Source of the DNA: Bdellovibrionales bacterium
GTDB taxonomy: Bacteria > Bdellovibrionota > Bdellovibrionia > Bdellovibrionales > UBA1609
DNA length: 64,000 nucleotides
Assembly: GCA_965219095.1 (NCBI GenBank)
Contig: OZ244719.1
Span: 482,142-546,141 of the forward strand
Direction of reading: 5' to 3'
Shown in pieces: positions 9,927-19,023 of this stretch. Each line of letters starts with the position of its first letter. Position 1 is the first letter of the stretch. Position numbers and translations under genes: made by a program. The notes under the pieces are model-generated. The model saw only the letters and a list, made by a program, of their open reading frames with translations, had not been told where the DNA came from and ran no database searches.

Positions 9927-10669
9927 GTAAAAATAAAATAAAAATCAATGGGAGAGAACAAGACATTCAGTGTGGTTTAATTAACGGGGAGAGTTTATAT
10001 TCGCAACTTAATATGTCATGTGATGGAGAACGGTTATTTTTAGATGTTCAAAGTGAAGTTGATATTCCAATTAACAAAGATGATTATATTGTTATATTAG
10101 GCAAAGAAAGCTTTGTAACTGGAAAATCTAAAATAGACGATAATCCTGCTTTAAAAAAGCAGATATCTATTAAAGTAGATGACAATCCTATCGAATTATC
10201 TAAACCCAAGATAACAGGAAAAGAAATTAAAGATAGTTGTAAAGATTCGCTACCCAATAGCAATCTTTACATAGACTTATTAAATATTCCTGATCAGCTA
10301 ATCAAAGATGATTTTATGTTAATTATTAACCCTGATCCTAAAAGCCCTGAGCATTGCTTTATAATAGTGCCTGTGTCAGATGATAATATTATTGATACTG
10401 AAGAATGTGCCAAACATAACAAAAAGCCTCCTAAAAAACAAGATAAGTATAAAATAAAAATAGATGGTCAAAAATATATTGCTCCTGCTTGGCAATTATC
10501 AGGTAAAGAAATATTAAAATTAGCAAATAAAGAATGGCAACAGTTTAGCTTGCAGCAAAAATTTAAAGGAGGAGAAAGAAAAGTTATAGGACCTGAGTCT
10601 AAAGTAGATTTTTCTACACCAGGTGTTGAACGCTTTGAAACTGTTCCAAAAGAAGCACAACAAGGATAA
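9923..10669 (+). CDS. Multi-ubiquitin-domain protein (three Ubl repeats, C-terminal Gly)
   Basis: Three IK(I/V)(N/D)...(I/L)xGxE-type repeats; ends DFSTPGVERFETVPKEAQQG. Confidence 0.85.
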   Translation: MSKNKIKINGREQDIQCGLINGESLYSQLNMSCDGERLFLDVQSEVDIPINKDDYIVILGKESFVTGKSKIDDNPALKKQISIKVDDNPIELSKPKITGKEIKDSCKDSLPNSNLYIDLLNIPDQLIKDDFMLIINPDPKSPEHCFIIVPVSDDNIIDTEECAKHNKKPPKKQDKYKIKIDGQKYIAPAWQLSGKEILKLANKEWQQFSLQQKFKGGERKVIGPESKVDFSTPGVERFETVPKEAQQG

Positions 10670-10671
10670 AT

Positions 10672-11052
10672 ATGGATTTTGAATTGCCAGAAGATGACGT
10701 AGGTTTTCTCAACAATTCGTTTGAAGGTAGATGGAGTACTATAATTAACTCTACAGAGCAGGGTATAATTATTAGGAACTATTCTTTACCAGAGGGTTAT
10801 GATCCATCTGAGGTAAAAGTAATGATTTTAATTCCACAAAATTATCCTATGGCTGCCCTTGATATGTTTTATTTATGCCCTGGGACATTTAAAAAAAATG
10901 GTCATAACATAGAACAATTAAGTGATGAATCTCATTTTGATAAGCAGTGGCAACGTTGGTCAAGACACTACGAATGGCAGGCTGGGACCAATAATATTGC
11001 AATACATTTGAAATTTGTTGAAAATGCTTTAATAGACGAGTTAAAAAAATGA
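10672..11052 (+). CDS. Prokaryotic E2 (family E) ubiquitin-conjugating-like protein
   Basis: LPEGY...ILIPQNYPMAALDMFY...WQRWSRH. Confidence 0.85.
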   Translation: MDFELPEDDVGFLNNSFEGRWSTIINSTEQGIIIRNYSLPEGYDPSEVKVMILIPQNYPMAALDMFYLCPGTFKKNGHNIEQLSDESHFDKQWQRWSRHYEWQAGTNNIAIHLKFVENALIDELKK

Positions 11053-12425
11053 AATACTCTCTCTCTTTAAACAACGAACAGCATCAGAAGCTAAAAAATC
11101 ATCTGCTTATAGATCATTTGGAATCTGTTGCATTGATCCTTTGCCATCAATCTAAGAGTACAAGTCAGATAAAGCTAATTGCCTCTGAAATTATTTTAAT
11201 TTCACATAGCTTATGCAAAAGAACAAAGGCCAATATTACTTGGCCAGTTGAAAAATATTTTACTCCATTGCAAATTGAGAGAATGGACAAAGAAAAATTA
11301 TCTTTAATGACGATACATAGTCACCCCAACGGATATAACAATTTTTCAAATTTAGATAACAATAACGATAATATCTTATTTAGATCAGTAAATAATTGGT
11401 TTAATGACGAGAGACCAAATGGTTCGCTTGTAATGTTGCCAAATGATCATCTCTTTGGAAGAGTTGTTAATAAGGCTGGGGATTTTACTCCATTATCACA
11501 CATTAGTATTGCAGGAAGTAATATAAAGATTTTAAAGCATAAAAAGGAAAATAGCAATGTACCGAAGTTTAGTAAACGAGTCGCTCAAACTTTTGGAAAA
11601 CACACACTTTCTACTCTAAAGCAATTGAATGTTGGTGTCGTTGGATGCTCTGGAACAGGAAGTATTATTATTGAGTTGTTAGCTCGTAACTGCATTGGAG
11701 AATTAGTTATTGTCGATCCTGATATAGTTGAAGAAAAAAACTTAAATAGGATATTAAATACTGCATCGAGTGATGCCAATAGGACAAACCCTAAAGTTAA
11801 AGTTCTAAAAAGAGCAATTCAAAAGTTAGATATGGGAACGGAGGTATCTGCTTACCAATCTACTACATCTGATAGAAAAGTCATATCGGCATTAAAAAAC
11901 TGTGATATTTTATTTGGTTGTGTTGATTCAGCTATTGGTAGATACCATCTTGATTGTGTGTCATCTGCTTATATAATTCCTTACTTTGATATTGGAGTTC
12001 GAATTGATGCAGATAAAAAGGGAAATATCTCTCAGGCAATTACAGTTGCCCATTATATTGAACCAGGACAATCGAATCTTTTGTCAAGGGGGGCCTATAC
12101 TAGTGAACAAGTGAGGGTGGAGAGTTTAAAGATACACAACCCAACTCATTATGAACAACAAAAAAAAGAAGGCTATATTTCTGGAATAGATGAAGATCAA
12201 CCTGCAGTAATATCAGTTAATATGCAAGCTGCGTGTATGTCATTTAATGACTTTATAGCACGTATTCATAATTATCGGCTAGATAGTAATTGTGATTTTG
12301 CTATTCAACAAATGAGTTTAACCCATGGATACTATAGACATCAAAAAAACAAGCAAGGACTTCATCCACTCTTTGCTAAAAATTTTAGCAAAGCCGATCA
12401 ATCTGATCTATTGAAATTGATATGA
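11049..12425 (+). CDS. JAB-peptidase-like + ThiF/E1 fusion
   Basis: N-terminal E..IHSHP...S..D; C-terminal VGCSGTGS, VDPD.VEEKNLNR, GCVD. Confidence 0.88.
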   Translation: MKYSLSLNNEQHQKLKNHLLIDHLESVALILCHQSKSTSQIKLIASEIILISHSLCKRTKANITWPVEKYFTPLQIERMDKEKLSLMTIHSHPNGYNNFSNLDNNNDNILFRSVNNWFNDERPNGSLVMLPNDHLFGRVVNKAGDFTPLSHISIAGSNIKILKHKKENSNVPKFSKRVAQTFGKHTLSTLKQLNVGVVGCSGTGSIIIELLARNCIGELVIVDPDIVEEKNLNRILNTASSDANRTNPKVKVLKRAIQKLDMGTEVSAYQSTTSDRKVISALKNCDILFGCVDSAIGRYHLDCVSSAYIIPYFDIGVRIDADKKGNISQAITVAHYIEPGQSNLLSRGAYTSEQVRVESLKIHNPTHYEQQKKEGYISGIDEDQPAVISVNMQAACMSFNDFIARIHNYRLDSNCDFAIQQMSLTHGYYRHQKNKQGLHPLFAKNFSKADQSDLLKLI

Positions 12426-12766
12426 TAAGATTATTTTTTGAAAAAATAAAAATATTTCTATATAACCTTTGGAAACCAAGCTATAGAACTGTCTGGACAG
12501 AAAATTTTCCAGAAAAACTCAAGAAAAGAATAGTTTATATTATTGGAAATAAAAAACATCCGTTTCAAGTTGTATTTTTGTGTCCTAAAAATTGTAATAA
12601 AAAAATTTTTCTTAATATATCAAAACAACACAATAAATTTGAACGTTGGAAGCTTATTGAACATAAAGATGGAACAGTCTCACTTGTTCCATCTATTTAC
12701 ATGAAAACTCTTGATTGTGACTGTCATTATTGGTTCAAAAGAGGACGCATCAATTGGATTCGATGA
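12422..12766 (+). CDS. DUF6527-like Cys/His protein
   Basis: FLCPKNC...W...SLVPSI...CDCHYWFKRGRINW. Confidence 0.75.
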   Translation: MIRLFFEKIKIFLYNLWKPSYRTVWTENFPEKLKKRIVYIIGNKKHPFQVVFLCPKNCNKKIFLNISKQHNKFERWKLIEHKDGTVSLVPSIYMKTLDCDCHYWFKRGRINWIR

Positions 12767-12990
12767 AGTAAATTAACCAGCTCATATTTTTAATCAGTGT
12801 AGTAGTTGTAACTTATCCCTATCAATCTTTCCAGAAAGACTTTTTTCAGTAACTTAACTTTGTCTAACAGACCTCTTTAGTGACTTTTTTACGATGTGTT
12901 CGTGATTGGTTCATGATTTTTTAAAAACCAAGAGCAGCAAAAGTTTGCTTTTTTCCTCAGAACAAAGTAAGTAGTCGCACGAGAAACTCT

Positions 12991-13383
12991 TTACGACAAG
13001 TTAAAAAGAAAAAACTGATCAGCTATTTCTATATCATTTCCTTTTCTTTCGGGATCAGGAAAAAACTCAGGCACTCTATCTCTTACTTGATAATAAATAT
13101 GTCTATGAGATTCTTGTTTTTTAAGCTCACTTTTATAATAACCTTCATCAAAAAGTTCTTTAAGTTCATAAAATTCATTTTCTAAAACATTTGGCGTTTC
13201 ATTTTCTTGAAACACTATAGAGTAAGACTCAAAAAACTCTAAAAGTTGAAGTTCAATAATCTTTGAATCAATTTCTTTTTTATCAGCAAAGCTAAAATCC
13301 ACACCTGAGCCTCCTGCCCATATAAAACTTTTAAAAGAAAAAGTAAAGAATAAAACTGTTATTATGAATAGGTTTTTAGCCAT
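12991..13383 (-). CDS. Hypothetical exported protein
   Basis: Signal-peptide-like N-terminus; overlaps upstream gene. Confidence 0.6.
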   Translation of the reverse strand: MAKNLFIITVLFFTFSFKSFIWAGGSGVDFSFADKKEIDSKIIELQLLEFFESYSIVFQENETPNVLENEFYELKELFDEGYYKSELKKQESHRHIYYQVRDRVPEFFPDPERKGNDIEIADQFFLFNLS

Positions 13384-13924
13384 GATTTTCTCCTTTTGGT
13401 TTTATGTTAGACGTTTTTATTATGCCTAAATTTATGTTATAAATAGATTTTTCAGATTTTTCTTCATTTTTTAAAGAGTTCTCTGAGCTTTCAAGAAGTT
13501 CAGAGATAATTCTGTCAAAATCCTGTTTAAATTTATTCATAGCTTCTTTGCTACAGGCCACTGTATAATTTGAGATTTTTTCTATAGTTTCGGGTTTTAT
13601 TTGAGCTAAGAGGTATCTTGTTTTTAAAATATGTTGATGTATGGCCTGATTTTTTGTGATTTCTTTTTTTGTGATGACAAAGTTTCTCTTCCCAGCTTTA
13701 TAAAAACTCCCTTCTTTGACAAGAAAGCCTAACTCCTCTAATCCGTCAATAGCATCTGTAGCTTCTTCTAAGGTTACAGAGAAGGTTTCTGCTACGACTT
13801 GTGGTGAAGCGGGAAGGTTTTCTATTGTGAGGTGAGCATGAAGTTCTGGCCAAAAAGGATCACAAAGCCAATTTTCTAAAAGCATGTTATCTCTTTCTTG
13901 AATGCTTTGTTTTACTTTTAACAT
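13376..13924 (-). CDS. DUF4423/TIGR02147-like wHTH protein
   Basis: W.ELH..L...VAETF.V..EEA..AI..LEELGFL and C-terminal Y.INL pattern. Confidence 0.55.
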   Translation of the reverse strand: MLKVKQSIQERDNMLLENWLCDPFWPELHAHLTIENLPASPQVVAETFSVTLEEATDAIDGLEELGFLVKEGSFYKAGKRNFVITKKEITKNQAIHQHILKTRYLLAQIKPETIEKISNYTVACSKEAMNKFKQDFDRIISELLESSENSLKNEEKSEKSIYNINLGIIKTSNIKPKGENHG

Positions 13925-14349
13925 AATTTAGCCTGCTTTCTTTTATACCTCATCTCTTGCAGGTGTTCTTTTAATCTTGTGCGTGAGTTTTCTATGGTTT
14001 TATTTTTATCAGCACAACGTTCACTAGAAGCTATAACATCTTTAAGAATCGATCTTTTATCATGTTTTGAAAGCCCCTTTAAAATAAGCTCCATGTCTTC
14101 TCCTATAGGGGTATCGCTTTGCTCTCTTCTTTCTAACTCATCTCTCACAATAGCTCTTAAGTTAATGCCTGCTAGTTTAAGGACTCTCATAAAATCATAA
14201 GAGTTTATATGACTTTTACCGTTTAGGAAAGTGCTTATAGTATTCTTATTGAGTTCTAAAAGACGAGCAGCTTCAAGAACTCCAATGCTATTATAAGTCA
14301 ATAATGAATCTAAGTTATTTAAAAAAGCAAAATCTCTGTTGATCTTCAT
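13918..14349 (-). CDS. XRE-family HTH regulator
   Basis: EAARLLELNKNTISTFLNGKSHI helix-turn-helix. Confidence 0.75.
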   Translation of the reverse strand: MKINRDFAFLNNLDSLLTYNSIGVLEAARLLELNKNTISTFLNGKSHINSYDFMRVLKLAGINLRAIVRDELERREQSDTPIGEDMELILKGLSKHDKRSILKDVIASSERCADKNKTIENSRTRLKEHLQEMRYKRKQAKLC

Positions 14350-14375
14350 AAGAAAAAAGTTTCAATATACTTTTT

Positions 14376-15971
14376 ATGATTTTCTTTTTAGGGGGAGTGA
14401 TTGCACATAAAGAGATTAAAAAAGCTCCTTATGCTTCTAAAAGGCTTGCGAAAAACTATAAATTTATAATTTGTATTTTTATTGGCCTTGTCATTTTAGA
14501 GACTCTTTTTTATCTACTTGTTTTAGACCTCTTGTTTTTCTGGTTAGCACAGCTTTTTGTATTTTGGATCTTTCAGGCTTTTTTACTTTTTATAACTTGT
14601 AATTTTTGGCTTAAGGATGAGAACATAAAATCCAAAAAACGCATTACAGTGGATCATTTGGAGGGAGAAGAAGTTGATTTCAAAACTTTTGAGAAGGCTC
14701 TTGAGTCTAAAGACTCAGCTCCTATAGGAGCCAATTTTGTCAAAAAAGAGCTTGTAAGTTTACCTGTCAGTTCTAGAACAGAGCATTTACTTGTTACAGG
14801 AGCGACAGGCACAGGAAAAACAACCTTGATGATGAATTTACTGAGGCACAGTTTTTTGCATAAACACCCTCTTGTGATCCTTGATCCTAAGGGGGAAATA
14901 AAGGACATAGAGATGATAAAATTCCTTTTTTGTGAGTTAGGAAGAAAAGAGGAAGACTTTAAGCTTTTTTCTCTTGCACAGCCTGAAAAGAGCTTGTCCT
15001 ACGATCCTTTGAAGTATGGAACAAGTGAACAAGTGAGGTCGAAACTGATGCTTGGCCTTAGTTTTACTCATGATTATTATGCTTCACAAGCCAGTCAGTA
15101 TCTTTCTATCTTGCTTTCTTGTTTTGAAGCTCTAAAAAAGAAAATGAATCTTAAAGAATTAAAACAAGCCCTCAACAACTCTCACAAAGAATTTATGGAG
15201 AAAAAAGAGCTGGAAGGGATGGAAGATGATGTAGCTTCTTTATCTCAAATTAAAAAAGAAGACCTTGCAGGATTAAAAGCTCAGGTTGAGATTTTAAACT
15301 CTAGAGAGTTTTCTCATCTTCTTTCTTCTTCAAAGTGTCAAATTGATTTAGTTGAGATTTTGGAAAAAGGTCAGGTGGCTTATTTTCAACTGAACACAAA
15401 CGGATATGGTGATTTTGCAAGACGTTTAGGCAAAATGATTGTGCAAGACTTGAAAGTTATAAGCAGTCAAATTCATGCAGGACAAATAGCACCTAAGTTT
15501 AACTTTGCAGGGATATTTATTGACGAATTTGGCTCTTTTGCAACAAGAGATTTTAGCGACCTTCTTAAAATGATCAGAAGCTCTAACATAGGGGTTCATC
15601 TTTTTTGTCAAGGCTTGGCTGATTTAAAAGCTGTATCTTCTGAGTTTTCGGATCAGATTTTAGGTAACACTGCTTATAAGCTGATCTTCCGTCAAGATGT
15701 CCCTCAAGACTGTGAAACATGGTCTTCTGTTTGTGGAACTATAGAAGATAAAGCTATGACCTTTCAAGTGTCATCACAAGAGATGTTAAGCGAGTTTGAA
15801 AAAACAGGCTTAGGTTCACTTTTTAACACCAAAAAGATGAAAGTGGATTTTGATGTTTTTAAGTCTTTAAAAAGAGGTCAAGCTCTTCTTATTGATAAAC
15901 TTCAAAACAAGCAAATTTTACTTCAAGTTTACAATGCTAAAGAAAAAAAGAAGAAAGGCTTGGAGAAATGA
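14376..15971 (+). CDS. Type IV coupling protein (TraD/TrwB/VirD4-like)
   Basis: N-terminal TMs, Walker A GATGTGKT, LDPKG, Walker B FIDEFG, Q..ADL, ILGN. Confidence 0.88.
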   Translation: MIFFLGGVIAHKEIKKAPYASKRLAKNYKFIICIFIGLVILETLFYLLVLDLLFFWLAQLFVFWIFQAFLLFITCNFWLKDENIKSKKRITVDHLEGEEVDFKTFEKALESKDSAPIGANFVKKELVSLPVSSRTEHLLVTGATGTGKTTLMMNLLRHSFLHKHPLVILDPKGEIKDIEMIKFLFCELGRKEEDFKLFSLAQPEKSLSYDPLKYGTSEQVRSKLMLGLSFTHDYYASQASQYLSILLSCFEALKKKMNLKELKQALNNSHKEFMEKKELEGMEDDVASLSQIKKEDLAGLKAQVEILNSREFSHLLSSSKCQIDLVEILEKGQVAYFQLNTNGYGDFARRLGKMIVQDLKVISSQIHAGQIAPKFNFAGIFIDEFGSFATRDFSDLLKMIRSSNIGVHLFCQGLADLKAVSSEFSDQILGNTAYKLIFRQDVPQDCETWSSVCGTIEDKAMTFQVSSQEMLSEFEKTGLGSLFNTKKMKVDFDVFKSLKRGQALLIDKLQNKQILLQVYNAKEKKKKGLEK

Positions 15972-15977
15972 GAAGAC

Positions 15978-16210
15978 ACCCAACCCAACCACTCTTTTAT
16001 AACCTATCACTACTGTGTACCTGTGGTGACGAAAGTGAGTTAGGGTGGTCAAATCTTAAACCCTTTCAACAAGTCGTAAGAATGGGCGTAATAAGGCCCT
16101 TTGATAAGGTCTTGTTTTCATTGGGTTTAGGATTTGACCACCCTAACTCACTTTCTAATCTCTCTGGTAGATGTGGTGTGTGATGTGTGGTGTGAGTGGT
16201 TGGGTTGGGT
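15978..16210. repeat. Long nested inverted repeat downstream of T4CP
   Basis: 17-bp perfect outer arms (15978-15994/16194-16210); 33-bp inner arms with one mismatch (16031-16063/16123-16155). Confidence 0.85.
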
Positions 16211-16370
16211 AGTAGGTTGGTGGAAAAGGAAAGGAAAGAAAATTTTTTTAAAGCTAGTCTTAAAAAAATTTTCTGTTTGTTAAATCTGCGGACGAACTTT
16301 TATAAGCTCTCCGCACTATCCTCTCTTGAAGCTCAAGAAAGGATGTAAATCAATAAGGAAAGGAGTAGAA

Positions 16371-16598
16371 ATGAAACTAAAAACTACAATTTATGACGCA
16401 CTCTCAGTCAGAGCTTATAAAGACTCTCAGGGAAACGAAAAAGTGGACTACCAAAGAATAGGTGTAGCCTTTGGTTTAAAGAACAAAAACGGTTTTTCTT
16501 TGAAGCTCACAAGCTTGCCTGTCTCAGGGGAGCTTGTGGTTATAGAAAGAATACCAAAAAAAGAGCAGAAAAATGATACAGAAGAAATGCCCTTTTAA
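16371..16598 (+). CDS. Small protein with acidic C-terminal tail, possibly ssDNA-binding
   Basis: aggag RBS; RIGVAF..K.GFSLKL..LP; ends DTEEMPF (SSB-like tail); followed by hairpin 16617-16637. Confidence 0.6.
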   Translation: MKLKTTIYDALSVRAYKDSQGNEKVDYQRIGVAFGLKNKNGFSLKLTSLPVSGELVVIERIPKKEQKNDTEEMPF

Positions 16599-16663
16599 AG
16601 GCTTAGAATACCAAATGAGGGAGCTTTAAGCTCCCTCGTTATATTTTGAAAGGAGAAATAAAA

Positions 16664-16924
16664 ATGAATAAAAAAGAATTGAAACCAATCAAGAAAAGTA
16701 GTAGTTTAGAGAACACTATTCGCCCTCAAAAAAAGGGCCTGTTCTTTGACAATTTAATAACTATTGAGGAGCTTTCAGAAAATTTAGGTTTATCTAAGAA
16801 GACTTTACAAAATTGGGTTTCTTTAAGGAAAATCCCTTATGTAAAAATAGGCCGAAAGGTTTATTTTAGGTCTTCTCGCTTACAGCAGTGGATTGAACGA
16901 AAGGAGTTCAAATCATGTCTGTAA
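16664..16924 (+). CDS. xis: Excisionase/HTH_17 recombination directionality factor
   Basis: LITIEELSENLGLSKKTLQNWV...IPYVKIGRKVYF; overlaps int start. Confidence 0.85.
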   Translation: MNKKELKPIKKSSSLENTIRPQKKGLFFDNLITIEELSENLGLSKKTLQNWVSLRKIPYVKIGRKVYFRSSRLQQWIERKEFKSCL

Positions 16925-18117
16925 CTAAAATTAAAAGAAAAAAAAAGAACGTCTATCAAGCTCAAGTGTATGTCAGAGGAGTGAGGCTTTCGAGTAAAGT
17001 TTTTGAAAACAAAACTCAAGCTTACATTTGGCATGATAGAGAAAAAGATCGCCTTGAAAAAGGTGAAACTATAGAAGAAAAAGAACTTAAAGAATTGCTT
17101 TTTTGCGATTGTGTAGAAAAGTACATCAAAGAGTATCTGCCTAAACTGAGAGCTTCCAGCCAGAGAAAAATCTTATTGAATCTGAAAAATCTTTCAGTTA
17201 ACAGCCCCTTAAATAAAGTCAAGATGTTAGACTTAAAGGCAAAGGAGATAAGCCTTTGGATTTCTTGGTTTCAAAAGAAAACTAAGAAGTGTAGGCAAAG
17301 ACAGAGTTTTAAAACAGAGTTTAGGCGACTTGTAGCTGTTCTAAACTGGTGGAGAAATTATGTTGACCCAAATTTTGTTGTTCCTGTAGTGAAAATGCAT
17401 AGAGATATTTGCTATGAGACAACTCAAAAACTAAGACGACCTGACTACTTTGCTAGACCAGAAGAAATACAGCTTTGGCTTCAAAAGCTTCAGAAAATAT
17501 CTAACCCTGTTTATTATAGACTGGCAAAGTTTATGATTTTAACAGGAGCTAGAGTGAGTGAAGCTTGTGGGCTTTTATGGAAAGAAGTTGTCTTTGAAGA
17601 AAAATTTGTACGTGTGGTAAGGACAGCTGATTGGGGAGGTAACAAAATAACTCTCTGTGAAGACACTAAAACGAAAGCATCTAACAGGCTTTTGGTTCTT
17701 CCAGAGAGACTTGTGGAGTTGTTAAGGGTTATGAAAAGTGAGTCTCCCGAAAATCCCTTAGTCTTTCATTCAAGAGAAGGTGAAATGGTGTCTTATACAA
17801 GCATTCGCTGGGCTTTTGATAAGTCCTTTAAGGCCTGCAATCTTCCTTGGAGAGGGACTCATATTTGCCGTCATACTTATGCCACAATGGCACTTATGGC
17901 GACAAAAAGTCTTTCCGCTGTGCAAGCAAGTCTTGGGCATACAGATCAAGCTATGACTCAAAGGTATGCTAAAGCGGTAGCTTTAATAAATTCTGATATG
18001 GCAGAAAGAACGGCTAGCATGTACGAATCGAAATCACTTACAAAATCACTTACGCACCCTCAAAAGACCCTAAATGAGTCCTCATTAAGGATAAGGGAAA
18101 GTGATTCTAGCAGTTGA
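16915..18117 (+). CDS. int: Tyrosine integrase, intact (unit B)
   Basis: TGARVSE, KT, HICRH, LGH, TQRY catalytic set. Confidence 0.95.
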   Translation: MSVTKIKRKKKNVYQAQVYVRGVRLSSKVFENKTQAYIWHDREKDRLEKGETIEEKELKELLFCDCVEKYIKEYLPKLRASSQRKILLNLKNLSVNSPLNKVKMLDLKAKEISLWISWFQKKTKKCRQRQSFKTEFRRLVAVLNWWRNYVDPNFVVPVVKMHRDICYETTQKLRRPDYFARPEEIQLWLQKLQKISNPVYYRLAKFMILTGARVSEACGLLWKEVVFEEKFVRVVRTADWGGNKITLCEDTKTKASNRLLVLPERLVELLRVMKSESPENPLVFHSREGEMVSYTSIRWAFDKSFKACNLPWRGTHICRHTYATMALMATKSLSAVQASLGHTDQAMTQRYAKAVALINSDMAERTASMYESKSLTKSLTHPQKTLNESSLRIRESDSSS

Positions 18118-18195
18118 ATTGTAAAGATTTAAAACCACTTCAAAAAGCAAAATGAATGGGTTTTTTTAGCTTGGATTTTGTGAGTTAAGAAAAGA

Positions 18196-18224
18196 AAAAC
18201 CCCTCCAAAAAAGGGAGGGGTTTT
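18196..18224. terminator. Intrinsic terminator after pilin cassette 2
   Basis: aaaacccctcc-aaaaaag-ggaggggtttt. Confidence 0.8.
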
Positions 18225-18243
18225 AAAGTAGAGTTTAAGTATT

Positions 18244-18633
18244 TTATGGTAGTACACTCAAACTTTTCTCATGATTAATTTGCCAGTTGGAATTTGTCGA
18301 ATCCCCGTTTCCTTCAGCACAAGCTATGAATTCATCACCTGCAGAGTTTAGCACACAGGTTGCCCCTATAATCTTAGCAACTACCGTAGCGGCAGTTGAT
18401 GGGTGACATTTATCCGTACAAGCAGTTTCTTTAAATCCAACAGCGTAGTGGCGTGTTCCAGAAGGTTCCTCAAATCCTATATTAGCTAGGACGTCTGAAT
18501 ATTTATCACCTTCATAAAGGTAGGCTTTTTCTGCTGTATAAAGAGCCCCTAAGTTAGTTTTAGCTTCACTACTTCGTGCTTTTTTTCTAAACCCATCGAA
18601 TGCAGGAATGGCAACTGCTGCAAGAATTCCTAT
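18244..18633 (-). other. Leader-less type IVa pilin cassette 2
   Basis: IGILAAVAIPAFDGFRKKARSSEAKTNLGALYTAEKAYLYEGD...FIACAEGN...WQINHEKSLSVLP*; upstream in-frame residues are not a prepilin leader. Confidence 0.9.
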
Positions 18634-18635
18634 AA
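18524..18635. repeat. Pilin-helix direct repeat copy 2 (putative att site)
   Basis: Near-identical to 784-895. Confidence 0.92.
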
Positions 18636-19023
18636 ATTGATTTGTAAACTTTTGTAAGTTTGCAGAATCACTAAAAAACAAAAAGAAAATAATAAATTAA
18701 CCTACCCATCTATTCCCGAATGTTAAGACTTTTCCCCTACATTGAACCTAGTTGATCACGACAAAATTCCGTACACGGACGCATATAAAAATCACGATAG
18801 TTCTAAAACAAACTTTAATTTCTTTTGTACTTACTTTTGAAAGCCAGGATTTAATTGTTGTATTATCTCTAGCGACATCCTTTCTGGTGCTTTTTTATCT
18901 GGTACTTTCTTATTTTCCTGTTACGTTACAGTAGGTTAGTGAGGGATATCGCAGTGAGGCCATTTGAAAGAAATTCTCTTAAAATCACTTGAAAAGAAAG
19001 TTTTTTTATATTATTATAATTGT

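Larger units (their letters stand above)
896..18635. mobile_element. Integrative element unit B (17.7 kb): cargo, HTH regulator, T4CP, hairpin, xis, int, pilin cassette 2
   Basis: Bounded by pilin direct repeats; xis-int next to the att; ATCACYTAC-type arm repeats at both ends. Confidence 0.8.

Noticed and set aside
15968..16183. 71-aa ORF (and 21946-22197)
   Set aside because: Coincides with the long inverted repeat; no protein-like features
18634..18681. ORF-track N-terminus MFFSDSANLQKFTNQF as a real pilin leader
   Set aside because: No G|F cleavage site, no Glu5, not hydrophobic; it is att-arm DNA that happens to be open
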